Part shown: positions 1 to 7,300 of the stretch, piece after piece
Position numbering within the stretch: the stretch's first letter is position 1
Layout: each line of letters starts with the position of its first letter
Virus record (IMG/VR): IMGVR_UViG_3300012984_000001
Coordinates: 1 to 64,000 of that record
Reading direction: 5' to 3' (one strand)
Length of the DNA: 64,000 bases
Source: a virus
Position numbers and translations under genes: made by a program
The notes under the pieces: model-generated
Database searches by the model: none
Told to the model about the DNA's origin: nothing
What the model saw: only the letters and a program-made list of their open reading frames with translations

Positions 1-272
1 CAGACATTGTTACTGAGCACGTATTGGCATTTGCCGAAGAAAATCCAGAAAAATATATTGCTTACACAGAAGACCCTGGAATCAAAATGAAAGGAGTTAT
101 CAAAAGCGCGCTTGCTTCTGGAGATTTGATTTACAGCAATTATCGTTGGTTGAACGCAAATCGAGAAGTTATACTCGAAGTTTCTAAAAATCAAGATGAA
201 ATGGATGAAATGGTCAGATATTTTGAAGGAGGAATCGGAAGAACTTACTATGAGTTCCTTGTAAATAAATAA
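1..272 (+). CDS. C-terminal part of a phage protein (start lies before the window)
   Basis: Reading frame is open from the window edge to TAA at 270-272; function not recognisable. Confidence 0.6.
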   Translation, partial: DIVTEHVLAFAEENPEKYIAYTEDPGIKMKGVIKSALASGDLIYSNYRWLNANREVILEVSKNQDEMDEMVRYFEGGIGRTYYEFLVNK

Positions 273-286
273 TTTTTAAAAAACAC

Positions 287-318
287 TTGTTTCTTAAAAT
301 AAAAAATACCTATATTTG
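287..318 (+). promoter_or_regulatory. Bacteroidota sigma70-type promoter for leader 1 / tRNA block 1
   Basis: -7 element TATATTTG at 311-318 with a TTG-containing -33 region upstream. Confidence 0.7.
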
Positions 319-341
319 TAACTGAAAATAAACATTAAAAA

Positions 342-416
342 ATGCTAAGTATAAACACGATAAATATGATTGCTAGAGTTGGGGATAACTTCCCAAGCAA
401 GAGGTTTATGGTGTAA
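342..416 (+). CDS. Attenuator leader peptide 1 (MLSINTINMIARVGDNFPSKRFMV)
   Basis: 24-aa ORF with A-rich start context between promoter and terminator; codons 4-16 are all read by block-1 tRNAs; contains antiterminator strand AAGAGGTTT (399-407). Confidence 0.85.
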   Translation: MLSINTINMIARVGDNFPSKRFMV

Positions 417-438
417 ATTAAACAAATTACAAATATAT

Positions 439-475
439 AAAAGCCTCTTAATAAATTTAAGAGGCTTTTTGTTTT
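439..475 (+). terminator. Attenuator terminator 1
   Basis: AAAAGCCTCTTAA/TTAAGAGGCTTTT hairpin plus T-rich tail ending at the first base before tRNA-Ala. Confidence 0.85.
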
Positions 476-547
476 GGGAGATTCGTATAGTGGTTATTAC
501 AATAGTTTTGCAAACTATAAACACGGTTTCGATTACCGTATCCTCCA
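476..547 (+). tRNA. tRNA-Ala(TGC)
   Basis: Anticodon arm ATAGT-TTTGCAA-ACTAT, G3.U70 pair, TTCGATT T-loop. Confidence 0.85.
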
Positions 548-560
548 CAGAAATAAATAT

Positions 561-633
561 TCGTGTGTATTTCAGTTGGTAGAAAGCAATCCTGATAAGA
601 TTGTATGCGAAGGTTCAAGTCCTTCCGCACGAA
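561..633 (+). tRNA. tRNA-Ile(GAT)
   Basis: Cloverleaf; CAATC-CTGATAA-GATTG. Confidence 0.9.
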
Positions 634-639
634 CAAATT

Positions 640-711
640 GCGAGTATGGTGTAAAGGCTAACATAGGAGACTTCCAATCTTTTGATAACAGTTCGAGTCT
701 GTTTATTCGCT
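640..711 (+). tRNA. tRNA-Gly(TCC)
   Basis: Cloverleaf; GGAGA-CTTCCAA-TCTTT; U73. Confidence 0.9.
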
Positions 712-715
712 CAAT

Positions 716-787
716 GGTCTATTTGTGTAATGGTAGCAGTACTGGCTTGTCACGCCAGAGGCGAGAGTTCGATTCTCTCATAGACCG
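716..787 (+). tRNA. tRNA-Asp(GTC)
   Basis: Cloverleaf; CTGGC-TTGTCAC-GCCAG; G73. Confidence 0.9.
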
Positions 788-791
788 CAAT

Positions 792-862
792 GGCTTAGGT
801 AGTTTAATGGTAAAACACTTCTCTTGTAAAGAAGATACGGGGTTCGAATCCCACGTAAGCCT
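792..862 (+). tRNA. tRNA-Thr(TGT)
   Basis: CTTCT-CTTGTAA-AGAAG anticodon arm; imperfect T/acceptor stems. Confidence 0.8.
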
Positions 863-866
863 CAAT

Positions 867-937
867 ACCTTGTTTGCATAATGGAAGTGCCGATGTTTTA
901 CATGCATCTGGCGGTAGTTCGATTCTACCACAAGGTA
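867..937 (+). tRNA. tRNA-Val(TAC)
   Basis: Cloverleaf; GATGT-TTTACAT-GCATC. Confidence 0.9.
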
Positions 938-943
938 CAAATT

Positions 944-1016
944 GTCGGTATAGCATAAATGGAAATGCAGAACACTTCTAATGTTCCGATTGGCAGTTCG
1001 AATCTGTCTATCGACT
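944..1016 (+). tRNA. tRNA-Arg(TCT)
   Basis: Cloverleaf; GAACA-CTTCTAA-TGTTC. Confidence 0.9.
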
Positions 1017-1025
1017 CAATTAAAT

Positions 1026-1098
1026 CGCCTCGTAGCTCAATCGGTGGAGCAGCGCACTCATAATGCGAAGGTCAAGAGTTCGAAACTCTTCGAGGCAA
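1026..1098 (+). tRNA. tRNA(CAT): elongator Met or Ile2 (lysidine)
   Basis: Cloverleaf, loop CTCATAA, C1.A72 mismatch but no GGG/CCC anticodon stem; identity not resolvable by eye. Confidence 0.85.
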
Positions 1099-1103
1099 CA
1101 AAA

Positions 1104-1176
1104 GATTTCATAGCTTTAATGGTAGAGCGTCCGACTGTTAATCGGGTGGTTGAAGGTTCGAATCCTTCTGAAATCG
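1104..1176 (+). tRNA. tRNA-Asn(GTT)
   Basis: Cloverleaf; TCCGA-CTGTTAA-TCGGG; G73. Confidence 0.9.
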
Positions 1177-1185
1177 CAAAATAAA

Positions 1186-1216
1186 TTTGGTAATCCAAAA
1201 TTTTATTTTAAATTTG
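1186..1216 (+). promoter_or_regulatory. Internal promoter for tRNA-fMet / leader 2 / tRNA block 2
   Basis: TTTG (~1186) and TAAATTTG (1209-1216) match the Bacteroidota -33/-7 consensus. Confidence 0.7.
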
Positions 1217-1219
1217 CAT

Positions 1220-1292
1220 TGTGAGATAGAGCAGTTGGTAGCTCGTGTGGCTCATAACCATAAGGTCACGGGTTCGAATCCCGTTCTCGCAA
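1220..1292 (+). tRNA. tRNA-fMet-like (CAT)
   Basis: Initiator-type D-arm GAGC-AGTTGGTA-GCTC (A11-U24), TGTGG-CTCATAA-CCATA. Confidence 0.85.
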
Positions 1293-1306
1293 CTAAAAAA
1301 TACATT

Positions 1307-1378
1307 ATGAAAAATTTAAGTTTTTGTTTATCTTATTGGTTGTCGTTTAAATACGATACGGGATTTGATATGCAATAA
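1307..1378 (+). CDS. Attenuator leader peptide 2 (MKNLSFCLSYWLSFKYDTGFDMQ)
   Basis: 23-aa ORF; codons 4-14 are all read by block-2 tRNAs; antiterminator strand ACGGGATT (1358-1365). Confidence 0.88.
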   Translation: MKNLSFCLSYWLSFKYDTGFDMQ

Positions 1379-1406
1379 TTAAAAAAAATAATTGTATTTA
1401 AAATTT

Positions 1407-1437
1407 AATCCCGTTCGAAAGTTCGGGATTTTTTTTT
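1407..1437 (+). terminator. Attenuator terminator 2
   Basis: AATCCCG/CGGGATT hairpin plus long T run, 3 nt before tRNA-Tyr. Confidence 0.85.
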
Positions 1438-1440
1438 ATT

Positions 1441-1509
1441 GGGAGTAATTCTTCGGAGAAGCCAGCTCTGTAAAAGCTCAAATAGTAGGTTCGATTCCTT
1501 CTACTCCCA
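1441..1509 (+). tRNA. tRNA-Tyr(GTA), atypically short
   Basis: GGGAGTA/TACTCCC acceptor, AGCT-CTGTAAA-AGCT, tiny D-arm, no long variable arm. Confidence 0.75.
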
Positions 1510-1512
1510 CTT

Positions 1513-1585
1513 AGGCGTATGGTGAAATGGTAAGCACAACAGTTTTAAGAGCTGTCAATTGCGAGTTCGAGTCTCGCTACGCCCA
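1513..1585 (+). tRNA. tRNA-Leu(TAA), short variable loop
   Basis: ACAGT-TTTAAGA-GCTGT; GCGAG-TTCGAGT-CTCGC. Confidence 0.85.
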
Positions 1586-1591
1586 CAAAAA

Positions 1592-1678
1592 GGAAGGACA
1601 AGCCAATTGGTGGTGGCCGCAGTCTTGAAAACTGTTAGGAGTTAATGACTCGTGTGGGTTCGACTCCCACTTCTTCCG
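1592..1678 (+). tRNA. tRNA-Ser(TGA)
   Basis: GCAGT-CTTGAAA-ACTGT, long variable arm, G73. Confidence 0.9.
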
Positions 1679-1683
1679 CAAAT

Positions 1684-1766
1684 AGAAAGTGAAACACATA
1701 GGATGTGTGCCTCCCTGCTAAGGAGTGCGAGGGTAAAACCTTTAGTTTCGAATACTACTCTTTCTG
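1684..1766 (+). tRNA. tRNA-Ser(GCT)
   Basis: CTCC-CTGCTAA-GGAG, long variable arm, G73; atypical D-arm. Confidence 0.8.
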
Positions 1767-1770
1767 CAAT

Positions 1771-1841
1771 GCTTCTCAACGTAGGTTGTGTCAATCGGTC
1801 TCCAAAACCGTATTGTAAAGGTTCGAATCCTTTGAGTTGCG
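1771..1841 (+). tRNA. tRNA-Trp(CCA)
   Basis: CGGT-CTCCAAA-ACCG; good T-arm; weak acceptor and D stems. Confidence 0.75.
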
Positions 1842-1846
1842 CTATT

Positions 1847-1919
1847 GGGAATATGGCAGATAAGGTTATTGCGGAGGACTGAAAATCCTTAGGAGTTGGG
1901 TCGGTACCAACTGTTCCCA
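1847..1919 (+). tRNA. tRNA-Phe(GAA)
   Basis: GAGGA-CTGAAAA-TCCTT; non-canonical T-loop GTCGGTA. Confidence 0.85.
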
Positions 1920-1924
1920 CAAAT

Positions 1925-1995
1925 ATCAGGAATGCTGATGGTGAAGCGAATGGATTGCAAACTCATTTTTATCGGTTCGATTCCGATTCCTGATT
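1925..1995 (+). tRNA. tRNA-Cys(GCA)
   Basis: Loop TTGCAAA, U73 discriminator, ATCAGGA/TCCTGAT acceptor. Confidence 0.8.
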
Positions 1996-2004
1996 CTAAA
2001 ATAG

Positions 2005-2076
2005 TGACTCATAAGCGATTCGAACGCCTATCCTCGGATTCGTAGTCCGAAATTCTATCCATTGAAATAATGAGCC
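2005..2076 (-). tRNA. tRNA-Arg(ACG)
   Basis: Minus-strand cloverleaf; TCGGA-CTACGAA-TCCGA. Confidence 0.9.
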
Positions 2077-2079
2077 TTA

Positions 2080-2164
2080 TGGTGCGAAGTGTGGGAGTCG
2101 AACCCACAAAGCTACAATATTCTAAGTATTGCCACTATTCCTTTCGTTGTTAAGCCAACTTCGC
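2080..2164 (-). tRNA. tRNA-Leu(TAG)
   Basis: CAATA-CTTAGAA-TATTG; encoded CCA; atypical D region. Confidence 0.8.
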
Positions 2165-2169
2165 TTTAG

Positions 2170-2242
2170 GGTGTAATGTGAGAATCGAACTCACGTTTTT
2201 TGCTTCACAGGCAAACGACTTAACCGTTAGTCCAAAAACACC
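2170..2242 (-). tRNA. tRNA-His(GTG)
   Basis: TTTGC-CTGTGAA-GCAAA; G-1/C73. Confidence 0.9.
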
Positions 2243-2247
2243 ATTTG

Positions 2248-2319
2248 TAGGAGTATCAAGAATCGAACTTGAATAACTAGAGTCAAAGTCTAGTATAATA
2301 ACCATTATATCATACTCCA
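2248..2319 (-). tRNA. tRNA-Gln(TTG)
   Basis: CTAGA-CTTTGAC-TCTAG. Confidence 0.9.
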
Positions 2320-2324
2320 ATTTG

Positions 2325-2396
2325 CATTCCGTATGGGAATCGAACCCATGTCTCCTGATAGAAAGTCAGACGTGTTAACCACTTCACTAACGGAAC
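2325..2396 (-). tRNA. tRNA-Glu(TTC)
   Basis: TCTGA-CTTTCTA-TCAGG. Confidence 0.9.
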
Positions 2397-2402
2397 TTTT
2401 TG

Positions 2403-2473
2403 TCTAATAGTCAGGATTTGAACCTGAGTACTCCTCCTTCCAAGGGAGGCATGAAACCGTGCTTCGCTACTAG
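2403..2473 (-). tRNA. tRNA-Pro(TGG)
   Basis: CCTCC-CTTGGAA-GGAGG; C1-G72, A73. Confidence 0.85.
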
Positions 2474-2477
2474 AAAT

Positions 2478-2509
2478 AAAAAAAACCACTCTGATTAAGA
2501 GTGGTTTTT
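2478..2509 (-). terminator. Attenuator terminator 3
   Basis: AAAAACCACTCT/AGAGTGGTTTTT hairpin with U8 tail on the minus strand, 4 nt before tRNA-Pro. Confidence 0.85.
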
Positions 2510-2532
2510 AAGTTTTTATATTGATAACAACA

Positions 2533-2604
2533 CTATACAGAAATTCCACCCATAAGTAAATTATGTTGCGGAAGGCGTTCAATATTATTTTTAATAGTTT
2601 TCAT
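2533..2604 (-). CDS. Attenuator leader peptide 3 (MKTIKNNIERLPQHNLLMGGISV)
   Basis: 23-aa ORF; codons 9-14 GAA CGC CTT CCG CAA CAT match the six block-3 tRNAs; antiterminator strand GGGTGG (2546-2551). Confidence 0.9.
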   Translation of the reverse strand: MKTIKNNIERLPQHNLLMGGISV

Positions 2605-2608
2605 GTTG

Positions 2609-2616
2609 CAAACATA
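2609..2616 (-). promoter_or_regulatory. -7 promoter element for leader 3 / tRNA block 3
   Basis: TATGTTTG on minus strand 4 nt upstream of the leader ATG (near-leaderless transcript). Confidence 0.65.
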
Positions 2617-2670
2617 TAAAATATTTTTTATATATACACTATGATTTAAATATTATATTACATTAAACTT

Positions 2671-2700
2671 TTGTTGTTCTTTATTTTTTATCTTTGTTTT
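2671..2700 (+). promoter_or_regulatory. Promoter of tail/structural operon
   Basis: TATCTTTG at 2689-2696; TTGTTGTT...TATCTTTGTTTT also found at 52813-52840. Confidence 0.6.
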
Positions 2701-2713
2701 AAAATAATTAAAG

Positions 2714-3451
2714 ATGATTTCTATCAACAAATTCCGAAATACAATACTGTTCTTGCTTGAAAAGAATAATCGTGGTTTTTTGGGGCCACAAGTTCTTGAT
2801 TCATTTGTTGACTTGGCTCAAATTGAAATTTTTGAGAATCTATTTTTTCAATACAACAAATGGCTAAACAATCAATCAAGACATTTAGCAAATACAGAGT
2901 TTGCGGATATTCCAAAAAACATTAAAGAACAGATTGATTATTTTTCTGAATACTCAACGACAGGGAATTTCACGTATGATGCTCCAAATGATGTATGGAA
3001 ATACAACGGAACTGATATTTTATACAGAACAGAAGGATTGTCGTTGGTAAATTCTTCTGGAAAAAAAGTAGATATTGAGGAAGTTTCTAAAGGTTCCGCA
3101 TGGAATAACATGATAAACTCAAAAATAAATCCACCATCTGTGACATTTCCTATTTACACAAAAATAAAAGATGGGTACCGTGTTGCTCCAAAAGCAACTA
3201 CAGGATATAGCGTTGAATTATTTTTCATAAGAAGACCAAAGGCTCCAAAATGGACTTATATCGAAGATGCAAACGGAAATCCATTGTTTAATGCTGGAGC
3301 GTCCGATAGACAAGATATAGAATTGGATGAAAGTTTGTTTTATCCGCTTGTAATGAAAGTAATGTCGTTTTGTGGACTTTCAATACAAGAATCAGAAATA
3401 TTAACCGCTGCAGCAAATGCAGAAATAGCAATCGATCAGAAGCAATCATAA
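2714..3451 (+). CDS. Virion structural protein (tail ring/adaptor-like)
   Basis: 245 aa, first gene of the structural operon; resembles ring proteins of Bacteroidota podoviruses; assignment by recall and synteny. Confidence 0.6.
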   Translation: MISINKFRNTILFLLEKNNRGFLGPQVLDSFVDLAQIEIFENLFFQYNKWLNNQSRHLANTEFADIPKNIKEQIDYFSEYSTTGNFTYDAPNDVWKYNGTDILYRTEGLSLVNSSGKKVDIEEVSKGSAWNNMINSKINPPSVTFPIYTKIKDGYRVAPKATTGYSVELFFIRRPKAPKWTYIEDANGNPLFNAGASDRQDIELDESLFYPLVMKVMSFCGLSIQESEILTAAANAEIAIDQKQS

Positions 3452-3454
3452 GTT

Positions 3455-4378
3455 ATGAGTTCAATGAATCCTGCCGAATATTATGAAAATGAAGACAACC
3501 ATGGTAGTTATCAATACGTAAACCTAGAGGAGTTGGTTATAAATTTCTTGACTGACTGGACTGGTGACGGAAAAATTTTAAATAAAGTGTCTCGTGCAAA
3601 AGTTATAGCCAAATTCAAGCAAGGGATAAAAAAGTTTAACATGAACGCATTGCGCGCGAAAAAAACTGTAGAACTAGAACTTGGAGACACTTTAGATATT
3701 ATTATGCCCCCGGATTATCTCAATTGGGTGAGAATTTCTTATGTGAACCCAGAAACAGGTGAATTGATGGGTTTATCCAGAAATGACAAAATCCCTATGG
3801 GAAGTGCGTACTTACAAGATGATAAAGCTGATATTCTTTTCGATGATGAAGGATTTATTTTAGAAGGAACTACGTATTATGATGAATTAAATGACACAAT
3901 AAACTTAAACAAAAGAACTTTTTTAGGTTATATGGATTGTGGATGCATCGGAAATTATGTCGGATATTGGGGTGGTTACGGGTATGATTATTCGTATATG
4001 CCGACTCCTCCTCCTACAAATTTTCTTCTTGACCCGTCTCAAAATGCAAACGGTTATTTCAACATAGACCAAGAACAAGGCAGAATTCATTTTAGTTCAG
4101 ATAATGCGAGTAGAGTTATAATGCTTGACTATATCTCAGATGGTTTGCAACACGCAAAAGATACTGATGTAAAAGTGATAAAACTTGCAGAAGAGGCTCT
4201 TTATAATTTCGTTAACTACGAATTAATGAAGACTCTGAATAATGTTCATATGTATGAGAAACGAGATGCTAGAAGAGCATGGGAAGCGGAATACAAAAAT
4301 GCTAAAATAGCAATGATGGATATTAAAATTGACGACGTTATGTTGTTTTTAAACGCTAAGAATCGATGGGTACATTAA
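3455..4378 (+). CDS. Virion structural protein (tail tubular/ring-like)
   Basis: 307 aa; PPDYLNWVRIS and LDYISDG motifs; directly precedes the stabilisation protein. Confidence 0.6.
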   Translation: MSSMNPAEYYENEDNHGSYQYVNLEELVINFLTDWTGDGKILNKVSRAKVIAKFKQGIKKFNMNALRAKKTVELELGDTLDIIMPPDYLNWVRISYVNPETGELMGLSRNDKIPMGSAYLQDDKADILFDDEGFILEGTTYYDELNDTINLNKRTFLGYMDCGCIGNYVGYWGGYGYDYSYMPTPPPTNFLLDPSQNANGYFNIDQEQGRIHFSSDNASRVIMLDYISDGLQHAKDTDVKVIKLAEEALYNFVNYELMKTLNNVHMYEKRDARRAWEAEYKNAKIAMMDIKIDDVMLFLNAKNRWVH

Positions 4379-7300
4379 AATTTCAAAACTTTTTCTCTAA
4401 GGGTACCGTAAATAAAGATTCTGACGAACGTTTCGTTAGTCCTGATGAATTGATAGATGCGGAAAACTTTTTCGTTACTACGGTCGACTCTTCTGATATG
4501 GGAGTTGGAAAAAATGCATTAGGAAATGCAAAAAAATCCAATTACAACATTGTTGGGGGTAAAAACTATGGAACCGGAGTTGACAGCACCAATAATTTTA
4601 TCTACAACATCGTAAAAGGTACACTGTACGATTACATCATTGAATACAACACTGAAACTGGATTATCTGAAATTGTGTTGCAAAGCACAACCGGAACTCG
4701 ATTAAACCTAAAAGAAGGAGAACGCGTTATTAATGTTGATGTTATTTTCAGTGACAAGCCATATAATCCGGTTACTAAAGAAGGTGGAAATTTACTAAGA
4801 TTCGATGGAGATAGCAATCCTCCAAGAATCATAAATATAAATCGATCAAAAACATTTGGTATCGATGGATTTACCGCAGATGAAATAATGCTTATCAAAG
4901 CACCCCCATTATATCCTCCTACGGTTGTACAAAAAAATACATTAACGGCATACCAAAACTTTATGACGGATAAATTCATCTCATTTGCTTATAGATATAA
5001 GTACAAAGATGGATATTATTCAGCTATTTCCAGTGGACAAGAATATACGTTTACTCCTGGAAGATTTGAATTAGATTTTGCTTCTTTTGAAAATAAGGGA
5101 ATGCTGAATATATTCAATGCATGTGATATTTCGTTCAATACCGGACCACGAGAAGTTGTTGCTATAGACCTTTTATTTAGAGAAAGCAACAACACAGTTT
5201 TTTATTTAATTGACCAATATTTCAAAACGGAGGAATCTTGGGCCGACAATACTGTTCAAAGCATTCAGTTCGATAATAGCAAAGTTTATACTCCGCTTCC
5301 AGAAGACCAATTCTACAGAGTATGCGATTATATTCCTGATAATTGTGTAGCTTCTACAGTGGCTTCAAATAGAGCTTTTATTGCCAATTTTAGACAAGGA
5401 CATGATTTGATTGACAAGAATGGAGATAATGTGGTCATGGATTATACTGTTGATTTGATTTCGAATGACTTCAATTCTACAGATGCCGTTGTAACCCAAA
5501 TAAATTCAACTTCTCCTTTTGACGGCAGTACAATTGTAAAAGGACGTGTGAGATTTAATTTTACGGATGCTATTTTAACCAAAGGTTCCGTAATATTTTT
5601 GACTTTTAACATCAATTCTTCGTTTATAGCAGACGGAACTCCATATACTGATGTATTTCAAAATACGTATAATTTTATTTTAGAGGAAGATTACAGCAAT
5701 ATTGAAGATTTGATTTTAGATACTGCGAATGGATTTAAGACAAATTTGGAAGGATATTTCAGTGAATACTTAAAGACTACATCATTGCAAATTCCTGCTG
5801 ATACAATTATTCCGTTTACTTTTAATGGCTTTTTGCTTTCGGTTGTAAATGCAAATACTTTTGATGTTACATTGCCTACAGTCAGATATGAAATAGACAA
5901 ATCTCCAGACCCTAATGTATTCGCAAATGAATATTTCAAAGATGTTTCAACTGTAGGTTCGTCAAATACTATTGCAAGCAAAAAATCAATGAAATCTTAT
6001 AGAAGTTATGAGGTTTGCATGGTTTACTTGGATGATAAGAATAGGCCGACTACCGCTTTGACAAGTGCTACAAATACAGTTTTTGTGCCAATTCAAAATA
6101 GTATAAAGCAAAACATCATAAACGTACATATTCCGACAACTCAAAAACCGCCTGTAGGATTCAATACATATCGTTTTGGAATTAAGGAGAACCGAACGCC
6201 TTATGAAGAGATTTATGCAAGTGTTTTTTATAAAGACGGTATTTATAGATGGGTAAGACTAGACGGAGGCAATAAAAATAAAGCATCTGAGGGAGATATG
6301 CTTTTGGTAAAAAAAGATATATCAACTAGCATGTCAACTGTTGTTCAGACAAAAGTTTTGGAATTACGATTTCAAGAGGAAGATTTCTTGACCAACAACA
6401 AAGATGAAAATGGAAACCTTATTGTAGAGTCTGCAGGAACTTATATGAAAATAAAACCTGAGAATTTCACAATTGATTATTCTGACGGGGAGTTTATTTA
6501 TTTGGAAGATAATAGTGCTGTAAAAAATGATAGGCCAATTTCTGTTTTGGGAGGAGATGCTTTTTCTAAGCCAACAGCTACTTCTGGAGTTTTTACGGAT
6601 GTTCCTATATTGCAAGGGTCTGAATTGGTAATCAATCTTCATAGTGATTACCACAGGGAAAGCCAGCAGAATGATTATAATAAAAGCTTTATAGTTAATG
6701 ATAATTATGACAATTTTGAAGACTATTACAATGCGGAACTCGCAGGGATAGCTTTTATAGGAACTTCTGGGCAAGAATTCAATAAGTCAATAATTAGAGA
6801 CCCAGCAGGAACAGGGCAAATATTTTTAAGAATTGAAGGAACCGCTGCCGGAAATGGGACAACTAGACGAGGATTTTTAGATGCGAATTTGACTTTGCGT
6901 TCTGTGAGTGGATTTTTCGTATTTGAAACTCTCGGAAAAGAGGTAAACAACAACTTATTTTATCTGACTCCTGATGTATTTACTATAGTAGATGGAGAGC
7001 ATCAATTTGTTGACCATGTTTTGGCGAAAACTTTTAATTGCTATGCACAAGGAAATGGAGTCGAAAGCCACCAAATAAGAGATGCATTCAATGAAAAGTA
7101 TGTGAGTATCGATTTTACCCCTACAGCAGTAAATAAAGATGGATACAGGCTTGAAAATAGATATGCGGATATTACGTATTCCGGCATATTTAATTCTTCT
7201 ACAAACATAAATAGGTTGAATGAATTCAATTTATACACAGCTAATTTTAAAGACGACATTGACAAGTCTTATGGTCCTATTTATAAAATAAAAGGCATTG

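Noticed and set aside
345-1920. ORF-track ORFs of 60-135 aa across the tRNA cluster
   Set aside because: They overlap clear tRNA cloverleafs; only the 3' part of 1187-1378 (from ATG 1307) is credible, as leader 2
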